Shown here one piece after another: positions 36,537 through 47,589 of a stretch of 64,000 nucleotides of DNA (the first letter of the stretch is position 1; each line of letters starts with the position of its first letter). Source of the DNA: Trypanosoma brucei (Eukaryota); the NCBI GenBank assembly GCA_000002445.1, contig CP000069.1:1504001-1568000 (forward strand), written 5' to 3'. The notes below the pieces were generated by a model. The model worked only from the letters and a program-made list of their open reading frames with translations, had not been told where the DNA came from and did no database searches. Made by a program: the position numbers and the translations under genes.

Positions 36537-37121
36537 TATTCTTATTCTTGTGGCGCTTTGTTTTCGGCAAAGAATGTTTTGGCTTCTTAAGGTTGCGTTT
36601 TTTTGGTAGAGCAAGCGAACAAGAATAAAGTAGGTTCTGATATTCGTAATAGATTTGGCTCCCCATTGTTGCCTTAGCTTCTGTTGGTTCTGTGCGCAGT
36701 TTATGCAAAAATCACATTGTAAATTAGCAGATTCAGTTTTATCCCGCTACTGCATCTATCAATTATTGAATGAAATATGTAGCGTCGTATGTTTGGCCTG
36801 CTTTTTTATTTGCCTTTGTTCTGTGGTGCACACTGTCGCTTCATTCCGTATCTTAGTCCCTTATTTTTCTGTTTTGTCACTTCATATGACGATAACTTAG
36901 TGAATTCACTTCGTTTGTACACTAGACTCTGTCTCTCCCTCATTGTACGCTCATTCATCCCCTTGTGTACGGTGATGCCAGTAGTCATATTTGTGCTTCA
37001 AACTGCCCATAATGTGCCTCAATTCCTCTTGTTCCCTGGAATTATCCCTTACTCTTTTTGAACCTTTACCAATGTTATATGCACGTCTACTTTGTCTCTG
37101 CATTTATTTTTTACCACCACG

Positions 37122-37300
37122 TTTAGTATATTATTCGTATACACACACTCACAACGCTCTCCTATAATTATCGTTTTCATAATAATAATAATTATTATTA
37201 TTTTTTTTATTCTCACACTCATTATTGCTATTACAGTCACTGTTGTAACCGAAGTTTATGTTCATAAAATTAACAAAATAAGCATAATAAACAAAAAGTA
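37122..37300 (-). repeat. 70-bp repeat block (about 2 copies)
   Basis: gtttagtatattattcgtatacacacactcacaacgctc plus ataataataataattattattatttttttt. Confidence 0.8.
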
Positions 37301-37420
37301 ACATTTTCATACCCTATTATCACACTATACACGTGCGAACTACCACCATTTACCTTTTATAACAATTTCATATCTTTAAAATTTTAAAATATTCGACAAT
37401 GTGAAAGAATTTGACAAAAA

Positions 37421-37436
37421 GTGTTAAAATATACCA
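37421..37436 (-). promoter_or_regulatory. VSG 3'UTR 16-mer (1 mismatch)
   Basis: gtgttaaaatatacca. Confidence 0.65.
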
Positions 37437-37526
37437 TATTTCAGACGTTTCATAAAATTATCTCACAAAATCAAATTTTCACAAGAATAATAAAGTTAAG
37501 GAAAAATCCTTTGAAACATTAAAGTG

Positions 37527-38995
37527 TTATGCTAGAACCAAAAATTCAAGCAAAAGATGTGCTTTGATTACAGCAGAATCGGCACCTGTGGTGTTTGTAG
37601 TTTTACCATCATTTTCGTTTTTTTCAATTGTTTTTGCCTTATCGTCTGGAAAGCATTTTGGTGTTTTGCTACTATAAAATTTGCATCCAGCGTTCTTGCA
37701 GATGTTTTTCTCTGTGTGCTCCTTGCACTCTTCTTTGGAAGGAGTTTTTTTGGTGGTTTCTGGTTTAGATGAGCAAGATGTGGAGGACGCCACCGTCTTT
37801 TCTTCTTTTGCTGCGGCTTTCCCTTGCAAATAGACAAGAACCTTTGGTGCAGCTCCGTCTTCTACTATTTTGAGGAGAGATTTTCGACTTCTGTTGTTCC
37901 GTCTTGATATTTTACGTTGTTCTCTGTTAGCGGCTCCACGCAGCTAGTCTTGTGGCCACCTTCGTTCATTCCTAATAATTTTTTGAATGCTGTTTTTATG
38001 TCTTCTTCCTTTTGTATTGCGCCTTCTTTTGTGTACTTTCCTGTTGCAATTAAGTAATTGGTGTACGGAGTTGACAACGCCGTTTTCTATGATAGAGTTT
38101 CCGGATTCCAATTATCTGGGTCAGTCGGTGTTGGTGGCGCTGCCACTAGAAATTCACAGATGGCGTATGCTACTTTGTCGTTATCGCTTGCTGTTTTGGT
38201 CTCCGGTTGTTCCACTGTAGCACAGCCTTGTGTCCTGTCGTCTTTGGCGTACATGCTTGTCTGTTCTGCCGTTAGTCCTGAGTCAGCTGCCACAGATCCC
38301 AGGGTGACTTTCAAAGCATTGCTGCCTTCGCTGCCGCTGGTGTCGCATCGAGTTCCACCTGTAGCTGTGTCTACACTGCCCTCTGCTCCTTTTCCTTGGG
38401 CAGCCACTTGTTGCAGCCTCGGCGGTGTTGTCGACAGCTTTAGTAGCTTTATTTTTGTTGCGGCCTCCCAGTTGAACGCTGTTGATTCTACGCCTGTGTC
38501 TGTGGCCTTTCTCAGGTCGCAGGTGTCGCGTGTTGATCCTGATTGTGTTAGCGTGAATGTGCATTTCGCATTGTATGTCGCCTAGCCGGAGGCGTACGCT
38601 GCACCTCCTGCTGTTAGCGATGGGCTACGGTACAAAGCTTCTATATAGCCTATCCTTTCTGAAAGTATCCGCTGTGCCCTTTGGGAAGCTTCCTGTCGCC
38701 GCTTGAGCTCTTCCGCGTGCTTTTTATGTTGTATCATAGCGTAAGCGCTGAGTGTGCCGTAGCCCGGTTTCAGTTGCTTGTCGGTCGTCTGAACCGCCGC
38801 CAGTTGCCATGCTGTTGCATAGGTTTGTGGCTTGTGTATTAGGTTCCTCCCTGTTTCCGCCTGCTTTGCTATGTATTTTGAAATAGCCGCTAAGTATATA
38901 ATCTCAGAACACCGGTTGTTGATGTTGTTTCTTGCTGCTTCGTCTTTGCCACTGAAATTAGTAACAGCTGCCGCGAAAAACAAGCAAGTAAGCAC
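37527..38995 (-). pseudogene. VSG: VSG pseudogene (multiple frameshifts)
   Basis: ORF 38582..38995(-) starts MLTCLFFAAAVTNFSG (signal peptide). ORFs 38087..38407(-) and 37865..38077(-) are mid segments. ORF 37527..37829(-) is the C-terminal domain, with ...CKNAGCKFYSSKTPKCFPDDKAKTIEKNENDGKTTNTTGADSAVIKAHLLLEFLVLA*, a GPI signal. Confidence 0.8.
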
Positions 38996-40939
38996 ATTTT
39001 TTTTTATATCTCCATTTTCACCGCTTCTACACGGTATTGAAGCAGCTTATAGTTACGGAGTTAGTTTTTTTCCCTGCTTTTCTTTGAGGCGTCGGCCGCC
39101 AACTAGGTTGATTTTGTCCAAGGCAAAAAAATAGAAGAACGGAAAAACTATTGCCTCAGTGCAGCAGCCGCTTTACTTCGTTGAGTTGGTTCGGAGGCTT
39201 TCTTTTTTGGTCCTTTTGCAAGCTCTGTGATCGATTTATTCCGGCACAATTAACTGTTTTACATGTCCCCTCCTTGTCCTCGTTCACTTCAATGCCTCTA
39301 CATATCTCTAGGGTAAATATCTCGGTTTTTTTGTCAGGAGACCATCACCGTCACAACTTGCGAGTTTTATATTTTTATTACCATGTCTGTACGCACAAGT
39401 ACCGTTACTAAATGCACGGGAATTGTTTACTGCTGTTGCGTATTGTTAGGTTTTTTCGCTGGAATTGGCAACGGCTCACACAGTCTGCTTTGCAACTTCC
39501 TTTACATAGCTGCCATCAGACCTCTCGCTAAATTAGCGTGTTGTTTTCTTATTGGCATTATTGGAACCTTACCCATGTATGACAGTCTTCGCGAAGTTGT
39601 GACAGCTCCCGTGAATGTAACTCTTTTAATACGACGATTTTTAACAAGTGCAATCTAGCGCCCGCTGTTAGTTCTATTCCTCTCCGCTACTTATTTCCTT
39701 TTTTCTTACTTAACGATAAAGAAAGCTGTAGGGTTCCAAATTACATACGGGAAACGGATTCCCTTTTCTGTTTTCTTACTGCTGAATTCGATCCACTTGT
39801 ACTTTTCTAACTCAACTCGTTTCCGACATGCCAAATCTGCCATTCAGAGTTGCGTTTAACATTTTACATGCTAAAACAGAAAATAACTAAATTTGTGTGG
39901 CCATACAATAACTTTACCAATTTGGTTGCGTCTCAAAACAACTATGCCGCACTATTTATATAGTATCTCATGATACGATAAAGCTTTTTCTACCTTTTAT
40001 TTATTTTTTGACGCATTCTCCTGCTTTCTGCTAATCCTTCTAAACTTTTAGGCGGTCTCAACACTTTCCGCAATATTGGGGCAATCATCAGTTAGTTGAT
40101 TTGCTTATTCTTACTCATGCTTTTGGCTATGCAGTACAGAGAACTCTTGTATCAATTACACGTTTTTTCGATGAACTTTTTTTGTCGTACCAGTAAAAAA
40201 AATAGTGGAGCCTTGCCATTAATTGTCTCTGCTTAATAATGTCCTGTTACTGTTTATTTCTGTGATATTTTAAGTAATATTTGCTTTATTCGTTTTTCAA
40301 GCACGGTAATTCATCGGTAGTCATAGTTTTAAAATCATAGAACAAATAAAATTATATTGTTTACCATAAGTATTAGATATTATTACTATATCTTAGGATA
40401 AAAAATTTTACGTTACTTTACAGTCACACAGTCCCTTCCCCATGCTTTTTCATCTACTACTGCTGTTTCTTCGCAACGAAAATAAGAATTCGCTATCAGA
40501 ATAATAACCAGAAATGTCACCGCTATTGCAGATGTAGCACCTATCCATTTTTTAGTAAAATACTGAGCATCATATCTTCCTTCTGTTGTCTTTATTCCTT
40601 ACGCTGTAATGCATATACTTCTGTTTCATTACATGCATTGTTTCCTTCTTGTCCACTTTCTGTCAGAACTTCTTCCAGTACAGTAGAAACTCGGTTTAGA
40701 TTTCAAACTATGCTGTTTCTCTTCTTATTGTCATCCATCATCTCCTCGCGTATGATTGCCATCTTCATTTTTGTGTTTCAAGCTGCACATATTCCATCTA
40801 TGTCTATCTTTTTATTTCTAAGTTACTCTTAATAAAATCATTGGTGTGCTCTCTGCCTTACTCTCTGTCACTTACTTTAATTTCACCATTTAAAATATTT
40901 TTAGTGCTTCCGTTTTTTTAATGCATTTGGTGACCACTA

Positions 40940-41040
40940 TTTTCATTATATTATTAGTACATACACATTCACAATACTTTCCTACTACAACTTTTTCTGT
41001 TATAACTCAAACTTATATTCACATAATTAGAAAAAAATTA
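40940..41040 (-). repeat. 70-bp repeat (about 1 copy, diverged)
   Basis: cattatattattagtacatacacattcacaatacttt. Confidence 0.7.
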
Positions 41041-41279
41041 TAATGACACTCATCTTTAATACTCTATCACCTTCCTGATTTGCACCCCTACGCACTTTTC
41101 ATACACATTTTACTATATCTATATTTTCAAAATAAATATTCATTATTTTTCAAATGCTTGACAAAAATTATTAAAATATATCACCTTTTAGTATATTTTT
41201 TAAAAACAGGAAATTTTATAAATTTAAACCAAAATATTTTAGAGTACTTTAAATATAATAGCAAAAATGCGAGCCAAAG

Positions 41280-41745
41280 AAAATCTTTGTTAATGACAAC
41301 AAAATTTCTTCCTGTGGTTTTTTTTCATCCTTTCTTCCTGTTGCTTCGTTCGTTACTTCTGCTCCTGCTTGTTGGTCCACCCAACTCATTGTGCACTTTT
41401 TCTTGGTTTTCTTTGCTTCTGAGTTCCATTCGCAGGGTTCTTGGTAATATCGTTATTTATCTTTGGCGTCGCAGTCTTTTTCCGTTTGTTCTCGCTTTTC
41501 TTTGCTAGAGGTAGGTACTTGGTCGCCAAGTGACTGCATTTTCTGCACTGGTAATTCTTCCTCCAGGCTAAAAATCAATACCTCCCTTTTTTCTGCTCCA
41601 ATTTATTGCCTTGTTTGTTGTCCTATGACCGCTGCTTTTAATTTGGTTGCCTCTGCCTGCTCCAGTGCTTTTCCTCTTCCCATTGACTTTTTTACGCAGT
41701 CTACGTCTTCGAATGCCGTCTGTTCTTTCTATCTGATACCCTGGA
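41280..41745 (-). pseudogene. VSG: VSG 3' fragment (C-terminal about 150 aa plus GPI signal), 5' part displaced by ingi insertion
   Basis: Reverse-complement translation gives ...SLEEELPVQKMQSLGDQVPTSSKEKREQTEKDCDAKDK... then ...CEWNSEAKKTKKKC... and a tail TTGRNFVVINKDFLWLAFLLL. A 3'UTR follows with 16-mer-like ttattaaaatatatca at 41168-41183. The coding sequence abuts the ingi 5' end at about 41745. Confidence 0.7.
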
Positions 41746-42238
41746 GATGCCGGCCACCTCAATGTGGTGCCAGGGTCCAGTACCCCGTATCATCGGGGGA
41801 AGCCAAGAGCCAGCAGCGTTCCTTTCATAGGGAACACTGCTGTGCTCCGGCTACGGCATCATACAGCACAGGGATCAGCAGCGTCTTGCTGGGACATCGT
41901 TTTTCATTTGTCGGTCCCTGAGCACGTGCCAGCGTGCCATCAGCAGTATATCATCCGCACTAAGATGCTGCTGTCCGGTGATGTGGAAGAGAATCCCTGC
42001 CTGTCGTTTCACGGGATGCAGTGGAACTGCGCCGGGCTATCTCAAGGAAAGAGATTAGCACTCCACAAAACCCTTGTTGATGAGCGGATCGCCTTTTGTC
42101 TGTTGAGCGAGACAAGGATGACGCCTGGAGAGGCGGCTTGCTTTAGCGTTGCTGGCTACCAACATCACGGAATAGCTCGTAACTGCAAAGGATGAGGTGT
42201 ATCAATACTAGTGAGAGGACATACCAGTCGAGACCGGT

Positions 42239-43462
42239 ATGGCCGTTGTTGGTCGCATTGAAAAAGTGCATGCAACAATTCACCTTGCACGTGGAACGGC
42301 GCTGACTGTCACGTCGGCATACATCCCACCAAAACACACCTTCACGGCAACTGACCTAGATACGCTTCTGACGACTGACGGTGCCCAGCTCATCGGTGCA
42401 GACGCTAACGCACACGCGTTGGCATGGGATCGCGCGAGCCCACCAAATACCAAGGGTGAAACCCTCACACAGTGGTGCATTGACAACCAGTTTCTGGTCT
42501 GCAACACTGGTGAGTGCACCAGGTACGAGCGCCACCACGGGGAGTCCACCCCTGATGTGACACTGTCAAGGAATTGCACAGTGTACACGTGGACATCGCT
42601 GTATTCTCCCGATAGCGATCACCATCACATATTTTTCGACGTTATCTTTGGAGACGACACAGATGCACTGAGCTGCCCGCGGCTTCGAAAGCCCATGTAC
42701 GCATGGCTAAAAGCTGACTGGAGGAATTTCCGTCTCAAGGTTGACGACCTCTGCAGGAAAATTGGTAGAGAGAAGAATGTCAACACCCTGGAACAGATAT
42801 TGAGCTCCGACATCTGCATTGCGACGAAGGTCTCCGTCCCCCGTGGCTGCAGAGCAACGCCACCACATTGGACACCTGAGCTCGCGAAACTCGATGAAGA
42901 GATCGCTGGATGCGGACCCTCCCACCGAAGGGAAAAGTTGGTAGCCACGCGTAAGCAGATCCTGGACCGTACCACAAAGAAGAGATGGAGCACGCTATGC
43001 TCCAGACTTGCGGTGTCAGACCGCTGCAGTTGGCACATTGTCAAGAAGGTATATGCGCCACGACCACTAACCACACCGGCTGTACTTGTTGATAACGCGG
43101 CCATCACGGACTACCGTCAAGCTGAGAGGTTCAGTAAACTGTACTCTTCCCGCGCAAGAAGGCACCCCGACTCACACCCACCGGCACCAATAAAGACGAT
43201 AGCGAGTGAGTTCAGTCCCATCACGATGGCTGAACTACGGAGATCGATCAAACTGCTACCGAGTGGATCCGCAGCCGGACCTGATTGCTTATACAACGAG
43301 GCACTGCAACATCTCGGCAGAACAGCGCTGAATGTTGTTGTGAGGCTATTCAATGAGAGCCTACGAACGGGAGTCGTGCCGCCTGCATGGAAGACTGGTG
43401 TTATCATCCCCATCCTGAAGGCCGGAAAAAGGCGGAGGACCTCGATTCTTACAGGCCTGTGA
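42239..43462 (+). CDS. ingi ORF segment (407 aa; about 98% identical to 15938..17161(-))
   Basis: MAVVGRIEKVHATIHLARGTALTVTSAYIPPKHTF... is near-identical to copy 1. Confidence 0.8.
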   Translation: MAVVGRIEKVHATIHLARGTALTVTSAYIPPKHTFTATDLDTLLTTDGAQLIGADANAHALAWDRASPPNTKGETLTQWCIDNQFLVCNTGECTRYERHHGESTPDVTLSRNCTVYTWTSLYSPDSDHHHIFFDVIFGDDTDALSCPRLRKPMYAWLKADWRNFRLKVDDLCRKIGREKNVNTLEQILSSDICIATKVSVPRGCRATPPHWTPELAKLDEEIAGCGPSHRREKLVATRKQILDRTTKKRWSTLCSRLAVSDRCSWHIVKKVYAPRPLTTPAVLVDNAAITDYRQAERFSKLYSSRARRHPDSHPPAPIKTIASEFSPITMAELRRSIKLLPSGSAAGPDCLYNEALQHLGRTALNVVVRLFNESLRTGVVPPAWKTGVIIPILKAGKRRRTSILTGL

Positions 43463-44496
43463 CGCTCACGAGCTGTCTCTGCAAAGTCATGGAGCGCATA
43501 TTTGCCACGAGGCTTAGAGACACTGTTGAGTCCCAGCTGACGCCGCAGCAATCAGGCTTTCGCCCCGGATGCTCAACGCTCGAACAACTCCTGCACGTCC
43601 GCGCTGCCCTCTGCCGCCCCACGCACCAATATCGTACGGGTGCTGTATTCGTCGACTACGAGAAGGCATTTGATACAGTAGACCACGACAAAATTGCGAG
43701 GGAAATGCACAGAATGAAGGTATCACCCCACATTGTGAAGTGGTGCGTATCATTTCTGAGTAACCGAACTGGCAGAGTGAGATTCAAGGAGAAGCTTTCC
43801 AGAAGCAGAACATTTGAGCGAGGAGTGCCACAGGGAACTGTCCTTGGCCCAATCATGTTCATTATTGTCATGAACTCGTTGAACCAGCGCCTTGCAGAAG
43901 TGCCGTTACTGCAGCACGGATTCTTTGCAGACAACCTGACGCTACTTGCGAGGCACACAGAGAGGGATGCCATCAACCACACACTACAATGCGGCCTAAC
44001 CGTGGTGTTACAGTGGCCAAAAGAGTACTTCATGTCTGTCAACGTAGCGAAAACGAAGTGCACACTCTTCGGGTTTATAGAGCGCCACCCCCTTACATTA
44101 CAACTGGACGGCAAAAGAATAGGAGCTGGCAGGACACCGAAGCTTCTAGGAGTAACATTCCAGTGTCTGCAGGGGATGGCAACACATGCTGCAGAAACGA
44201 GACGCAAGATGGATTTTAGACTACTGCAGATAGCAGCCATCTCAGCTTCTACATGGGAGCCAAGAAGACAAGTACTGAGAGCTTTTTATCTAGCACTCGT
44301 ACAGGCACACACCATGTATGGCATTGAGGTATGGTACTGGGACGCTTCGGAACGAAGTCGCGACCTCCTTGCAGCAGCACAACACAAAGCCAGTCGCATC
44401 ATAGCTGGCATACCGCATGGGACGCGCAAAGAGGACTCTCTGCTGGAAGCAAACCTCCTGCCACTCAAGACGACCGCTCTTGTGCGCAGCACGTAA
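43387..44496 (+). CDS. ingi reverse transcriptase segment (369 aa, terminated by stop, unlike copy 1)
   Basis: MEDWCYHPHPEGRKKAEDLDSYRPVTLTSCLCKVMERIFATRLRDT... with RT motifs. Confidence 0.85.
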   Translation: MEDWCYHPHPEGRKKAEDLDSYRPVTLTSCLCKVMERIFATRLRDTVESQLTPQQSGFRPGCSTLEQLLHVRAALCRPTHQYRTGAVFVDYEKAFDTVDHDKIAREMHRMKVSPHIVKWCVSFLSNRTGRVRFKEKLSRSRTFERGVPQGTVLGPIMFIIVMNSLNQRLAEVPLLQHGFFADNLTLLARHTERDAINHTLQCGLTVVLQWPKEYFMSVNVAKTKCTLFGFIERHPLTLQLDGKRIGAGRTPKLLGVTFQCLQGMATHAAETRRKMDFRLLQIAAISASTWEPRRQVLRAFYLALVQAHTMYGIEVWYWDASERSRDLLAAAQHKASRIIAGIPHGTRKEDSLLEANLLPLKTTALVRST

Positions 44497-44499
44497 TTC

Positions 44500-44904
44500 A
44501 TGCTGATGTGTGAGTCACGAGGCGGATGTTTGCGCCACAGTGCTGAGAAAGTATACCACAGCAAACACCCAGTCAGAGTCTTACATTCCCGCATCATGCG
44601 GTCCTATCCCCACCTCCACATTGAGCCACGCGAGCACCCACTAGAGACATCGACGCTCCGCCACAGTTGCCGACCGCTATTTCACACGCAGATAAAGCCC
44701 GTATGCGCTGATGACCCTGACGATGTCAAAAGGGAGGCTTCCGAAAAATGGATTGCACGGCATTTTGCACGGAGGGGGAAGGAGCCACCGCGGCGAGAGC
44801 ACTACGAATTGTGGACTGATGGATCCGTGTCCCTCGGTGAGAAGTCCGGAGCAGCTGCCCTACTCTATAGAAACAACACGCTGATTTGTGCACCCAAGAC
44901 CTGA
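44500..44904 (+). CDS. ingi RNase H-like segment
   Basis: ...HYELWTDGSVSLGEKSGAAALLYRNNTLICAPKT. Confidence 0.7.
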   Translation: MLMCESRGGCLRHSAEKVYHSKHPVRVLHSRIMRSYPHLHIEPREHPLETSTLRHSCRPLFHTQIKPVCADDPDDVKREASEKWIARHFARRGKEPPRREHYELWTDGSVSLGEKSGAAALLYRNNTLICAPKT

Positions 44905-45009
44905 GCAGAGGAACTCTCATGCAGTTACAGAGCGGAATGCGTAGCATTAGAGATAGGACTGCAACGGCTGCTAAAATGGCTTCCGGTATACAGAAGCACA
45001 CCGAGCAGG

Positions 45010-46182
45010 TTGTCCATCTTCTCTGACTCGCTGTCAATGTTAACAGCACTGCAGACAGGCCCCCTAGCCGTAACGGACCCAATTCTAAGACGACTATGGA
45101 GGCTTCTGCTTCAAGTTCAGAGAAGGAAGATACGTATCCGACTGCAATTTGTGTTTGCCCATTGTGGCGTGAAACGGAATGAGGTTTGCGATGAAATGGC
45201 CAAAAAGGCCGCTGACTTACCACAGTTGCGAGACACATGGATCCCCGACATCATTGCTTATGCGAAGCGAGTGCTTAGATCGGAAGAAGTCCATGAGAAC
45301 ACTCATAGGTTTGGTATCACGGGCAACCACTTTCCAACAAAACATAAAGAAGAACTGACGAGGGAAGAAGAAACGGCACGGGCACGCTTTCGGGTTGGGT
45401 CTTCAAGACACTATGGATGGATGTTGCGAAAGATCAACCCGAGTGTGCCTCCACAGTGCCGATGGTGCAACCCGCAACATGCAGCGATAGGACCAACAAT
45501 ACAAACAGCCCCACCTGTTGCGACACGCACTCTTCAGAGAACCTCCGAATCAAACAAATGTACGGAATGTGATGCCACATACCAATGCCGCTCGAGTGCT
45601 GTAACGCACATGGTAAACAAACACGGCTTTGTGCGAGCTGATGCCCTCCGGAGGATCAAATACGGCGATGCAACACCCGCAGTGGATATCCCCCCGGAGC
45701 CCCCTCCAGTGGTGGCGATCGTTCCTCTACCATCGAGCACACGAGTCCCGATGAGACCGCAGGTGCTTCATTGTACCCTCTGTGCCTCCAAATTCGCAGT
45801 GCCAGGCCGACTATTACACCACCTTAGAACAATACATGGCATAGGCAGCGGTAGTTGCCGCGTGAAAAGGGGGCGAGAGAACGAAGACTCAGTGCAAGGA
45901 GATGGTAGCGTCCCAGCAGCGCCAGCCTCTCAGGATACACGGAAGCTGCCGTTTCAATGTGACTTGTGCGAGGCGAGCTTCGGTACACACTCTTCCCTGT
46001 CACTACACAAGAAATTCAAACATAAGAGCATAGTGACGGAGGACGGTACCGTGGTGTTGGTGCAATTCCCTCGTAAGCGTGCCCGTGAGGGAAACGTTGA
46101 CGTCCCGGGGAAGGGCGAGGTGCAGTGTGGTGTGTGCCAAAAAAGTGCTCAGTTGCGGGGCCTCCCTCATCCGACACTGTAA
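45010..46182 (+). CDS. ingi C-terminal segment with C2H2 zinc fingers
   Basis: CTECDATYQCRSSAVTHMVNKHGF, HCTLCASKFAVPGRLLHHLRTIHG and FQCDLCEASFGTHSSLSLHKKFKHKS. Confidence 0.8.
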   Translation: MSIFSDSLSMLTALQTGPLAVTDPILRRLWRLLLQVQRRKIRIRLQFVFAHCGVKRNEVCDEMAKKAADLPQLRDTWIPDIIAYAKRVLRSEEVHENTHRFGITGNHFPTKHKEELTREEETARARFRVGSSRHYGWMLRKINPSVPPQCRWCNPQHAAIGPTIQTAPPVATRTLQRTSESNKCTECDATYQCRSSAVTHMVNKHGFVRADALRRIKYGDATPAVDIPPEPPPVVAIVPLPSSTRVPMRPQVLHCTLCASKFAVPGRLLHHLRTIHGIGSGSCRVKRGRENEDSVQGDGSVPAAPASQDTRKLPFQCDLCEASFGTHSSLSLHKKFKHKSIVTEDGTVVLVQFPRKRAREGNVDVPGKGEVQCGVCQKSAQLRGLPHPTL

Positions 46183-47089
46183 GGCTTTCCACAAAGGTGA
46201 GGGAGTCGAGCTTAAATGCAGCAAAATCACAAAATTGGGTGCCACTGATTCCCCGCATACAAACACATCCATGTTGGTGTGCCAGACAGGCGGAAGGCAG
46301 TGTGCTAGCAAAACTGGCCTCACCCTACATCAAAAGAAGATGCACGGTATGAGAGCAGAGCGCACTGTTACGAGCCAACGCGGCGACTGCAAAGAAACGT
46401 CGCTGCACCTGATGAGCTGTCCAGGTTTGAAGGAGTTACGTGTCAGGTTTGCGGTAGAGGGTGTGTGTGTACAAGATGTATGTTTCTCTAAAAGGCTGGC
46501 GCAATTTCTCATTGCGGTTGAACGGAGCCGGCCGCAGGTGAAGTCCTCACCTAAGGTAAAAGTCATACAACCCACTCTCCCTTCTGCAACTTCCCCCTTA
46601 TTTCTGAGAGTGGAGCTAGCAGGAAAAGCACCGGACGCATGAATAGTCCAGACACCCTCAGAGACAGAGGGGGTATGCAATCAACAAGCAACAGAAACAG
46701 AAAGAGGGAGAGAGAATAATAAACGAATAACAAAAATCAAAACAAAAGGATTGCTAATTGACATCTTCGGGAGAGTCTGGGGAGGGGTTCTTTTCGCCCC
46801 ATCTGCTGTAATGTGTTCAACTGCGGAGCTACAACAAAAATTATAGAGGGTGTGTTAGGATGAATAAAAAAGGGAGACTCTGCCACAGTCGCCAGACCGA
46901 TAGCATCTCAGGGCTCTACGGTGATGGCTGATGGCCGCGCCAGTGGGGGGAAACTCTCACGAAGACACGAAGAAAATTCAAAAAAAAACGAACACACTCT
47001 TCTTCGCACCCTTGTTTGGTGGTTAAGTAGAGTGCTTGTCGAACATTGTACAAGGGTAGATCCCAGGGGGCGGAGAGTATCTAGCTTAC

Positions 47090-47135
47090 ACTAAGAATGA
47101 ATCTGCCTCAATGTGGCGCCAGGGTCACGTACCAG
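47090..47135 (+). mobile_element. Short sequence resembling the ingi/RIME/DIRE 5' signature (possible degenerate element remnant)
   Basis: gcctcaatgtggcgccagggtcacgtacc compared with the ingi 5' gccggccacctcaatgtggtgccagggtccagtacc. It lies about 100 bp after the ingi poly(A). Confidence 0.35.
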
Positions 47136-47589
47136 AAGAGAAATCGACTGGAAAGCCAAATGTTCCATCCAAAAGTCGGTTGCAATACTGAATATGCTGT
47201 GGCTGCTCCATGAAGAAAGAACCATTACTTAGTGTTGCACCACGGTTCAGTACCCTGCTCAGGTGGGGGAACCAAAATCCCTGACCCAACTTCCGGCCGG
47301 GGAGGCAGATGGATATGGTAAACATGGTTCAGATGCAATGTGGGAGGGATCGAATGGGCGTCAAGTGGAGACCACCCCCCTAGACACGCACACATGCGGT
47401 CTCTCACCCGTGGGTATCAATTCTCCAAAAAACAGGGAATTTCAGTGGGTAGGCACGCTGGTCTCCAGCGCTGAGTCCCACACTACCATATCGTCGTGGC
47501 GTGGTGTGCGTAAATGCATTTCCTCCTTACCATCGGGTGGACAGACTGCATGGTCCTGAAGGTTGCGCGAGGGGAAAAAGTAACGGTTG

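Larger units (their letters stand above)
41740..46988 (+). mobile_element. ingi: ingi non-LTR retrotransposon, copy 2, full length (about 5.25 kb) with poly(A) tail; ORF interrupted (pseudogene)
   Basis: The 5' signature is CCCTGGAGATGCCGGCCACCTCAATGTGGTGCCAGGGTCCAGTACCCCGTATCATCGGGGGAAGCC. ORFs for endonuclease, RT, RNase H and C2H2 zinc fingers follow in order, but in different frames and with stops. The 3' end is ...gaagaaaattcaaaaaaaaa at 46988. Confidence 0.92.

Noticed and set aside
47263-47559. Plus-strand ORF 47263..47559 (98 aa) downstream of ingi as part of a retroelement protein.
   Set aside because: The translation has no similarity to the ingi endonuclease N-terminus seen in both copies. 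It is probably non-coding flank.
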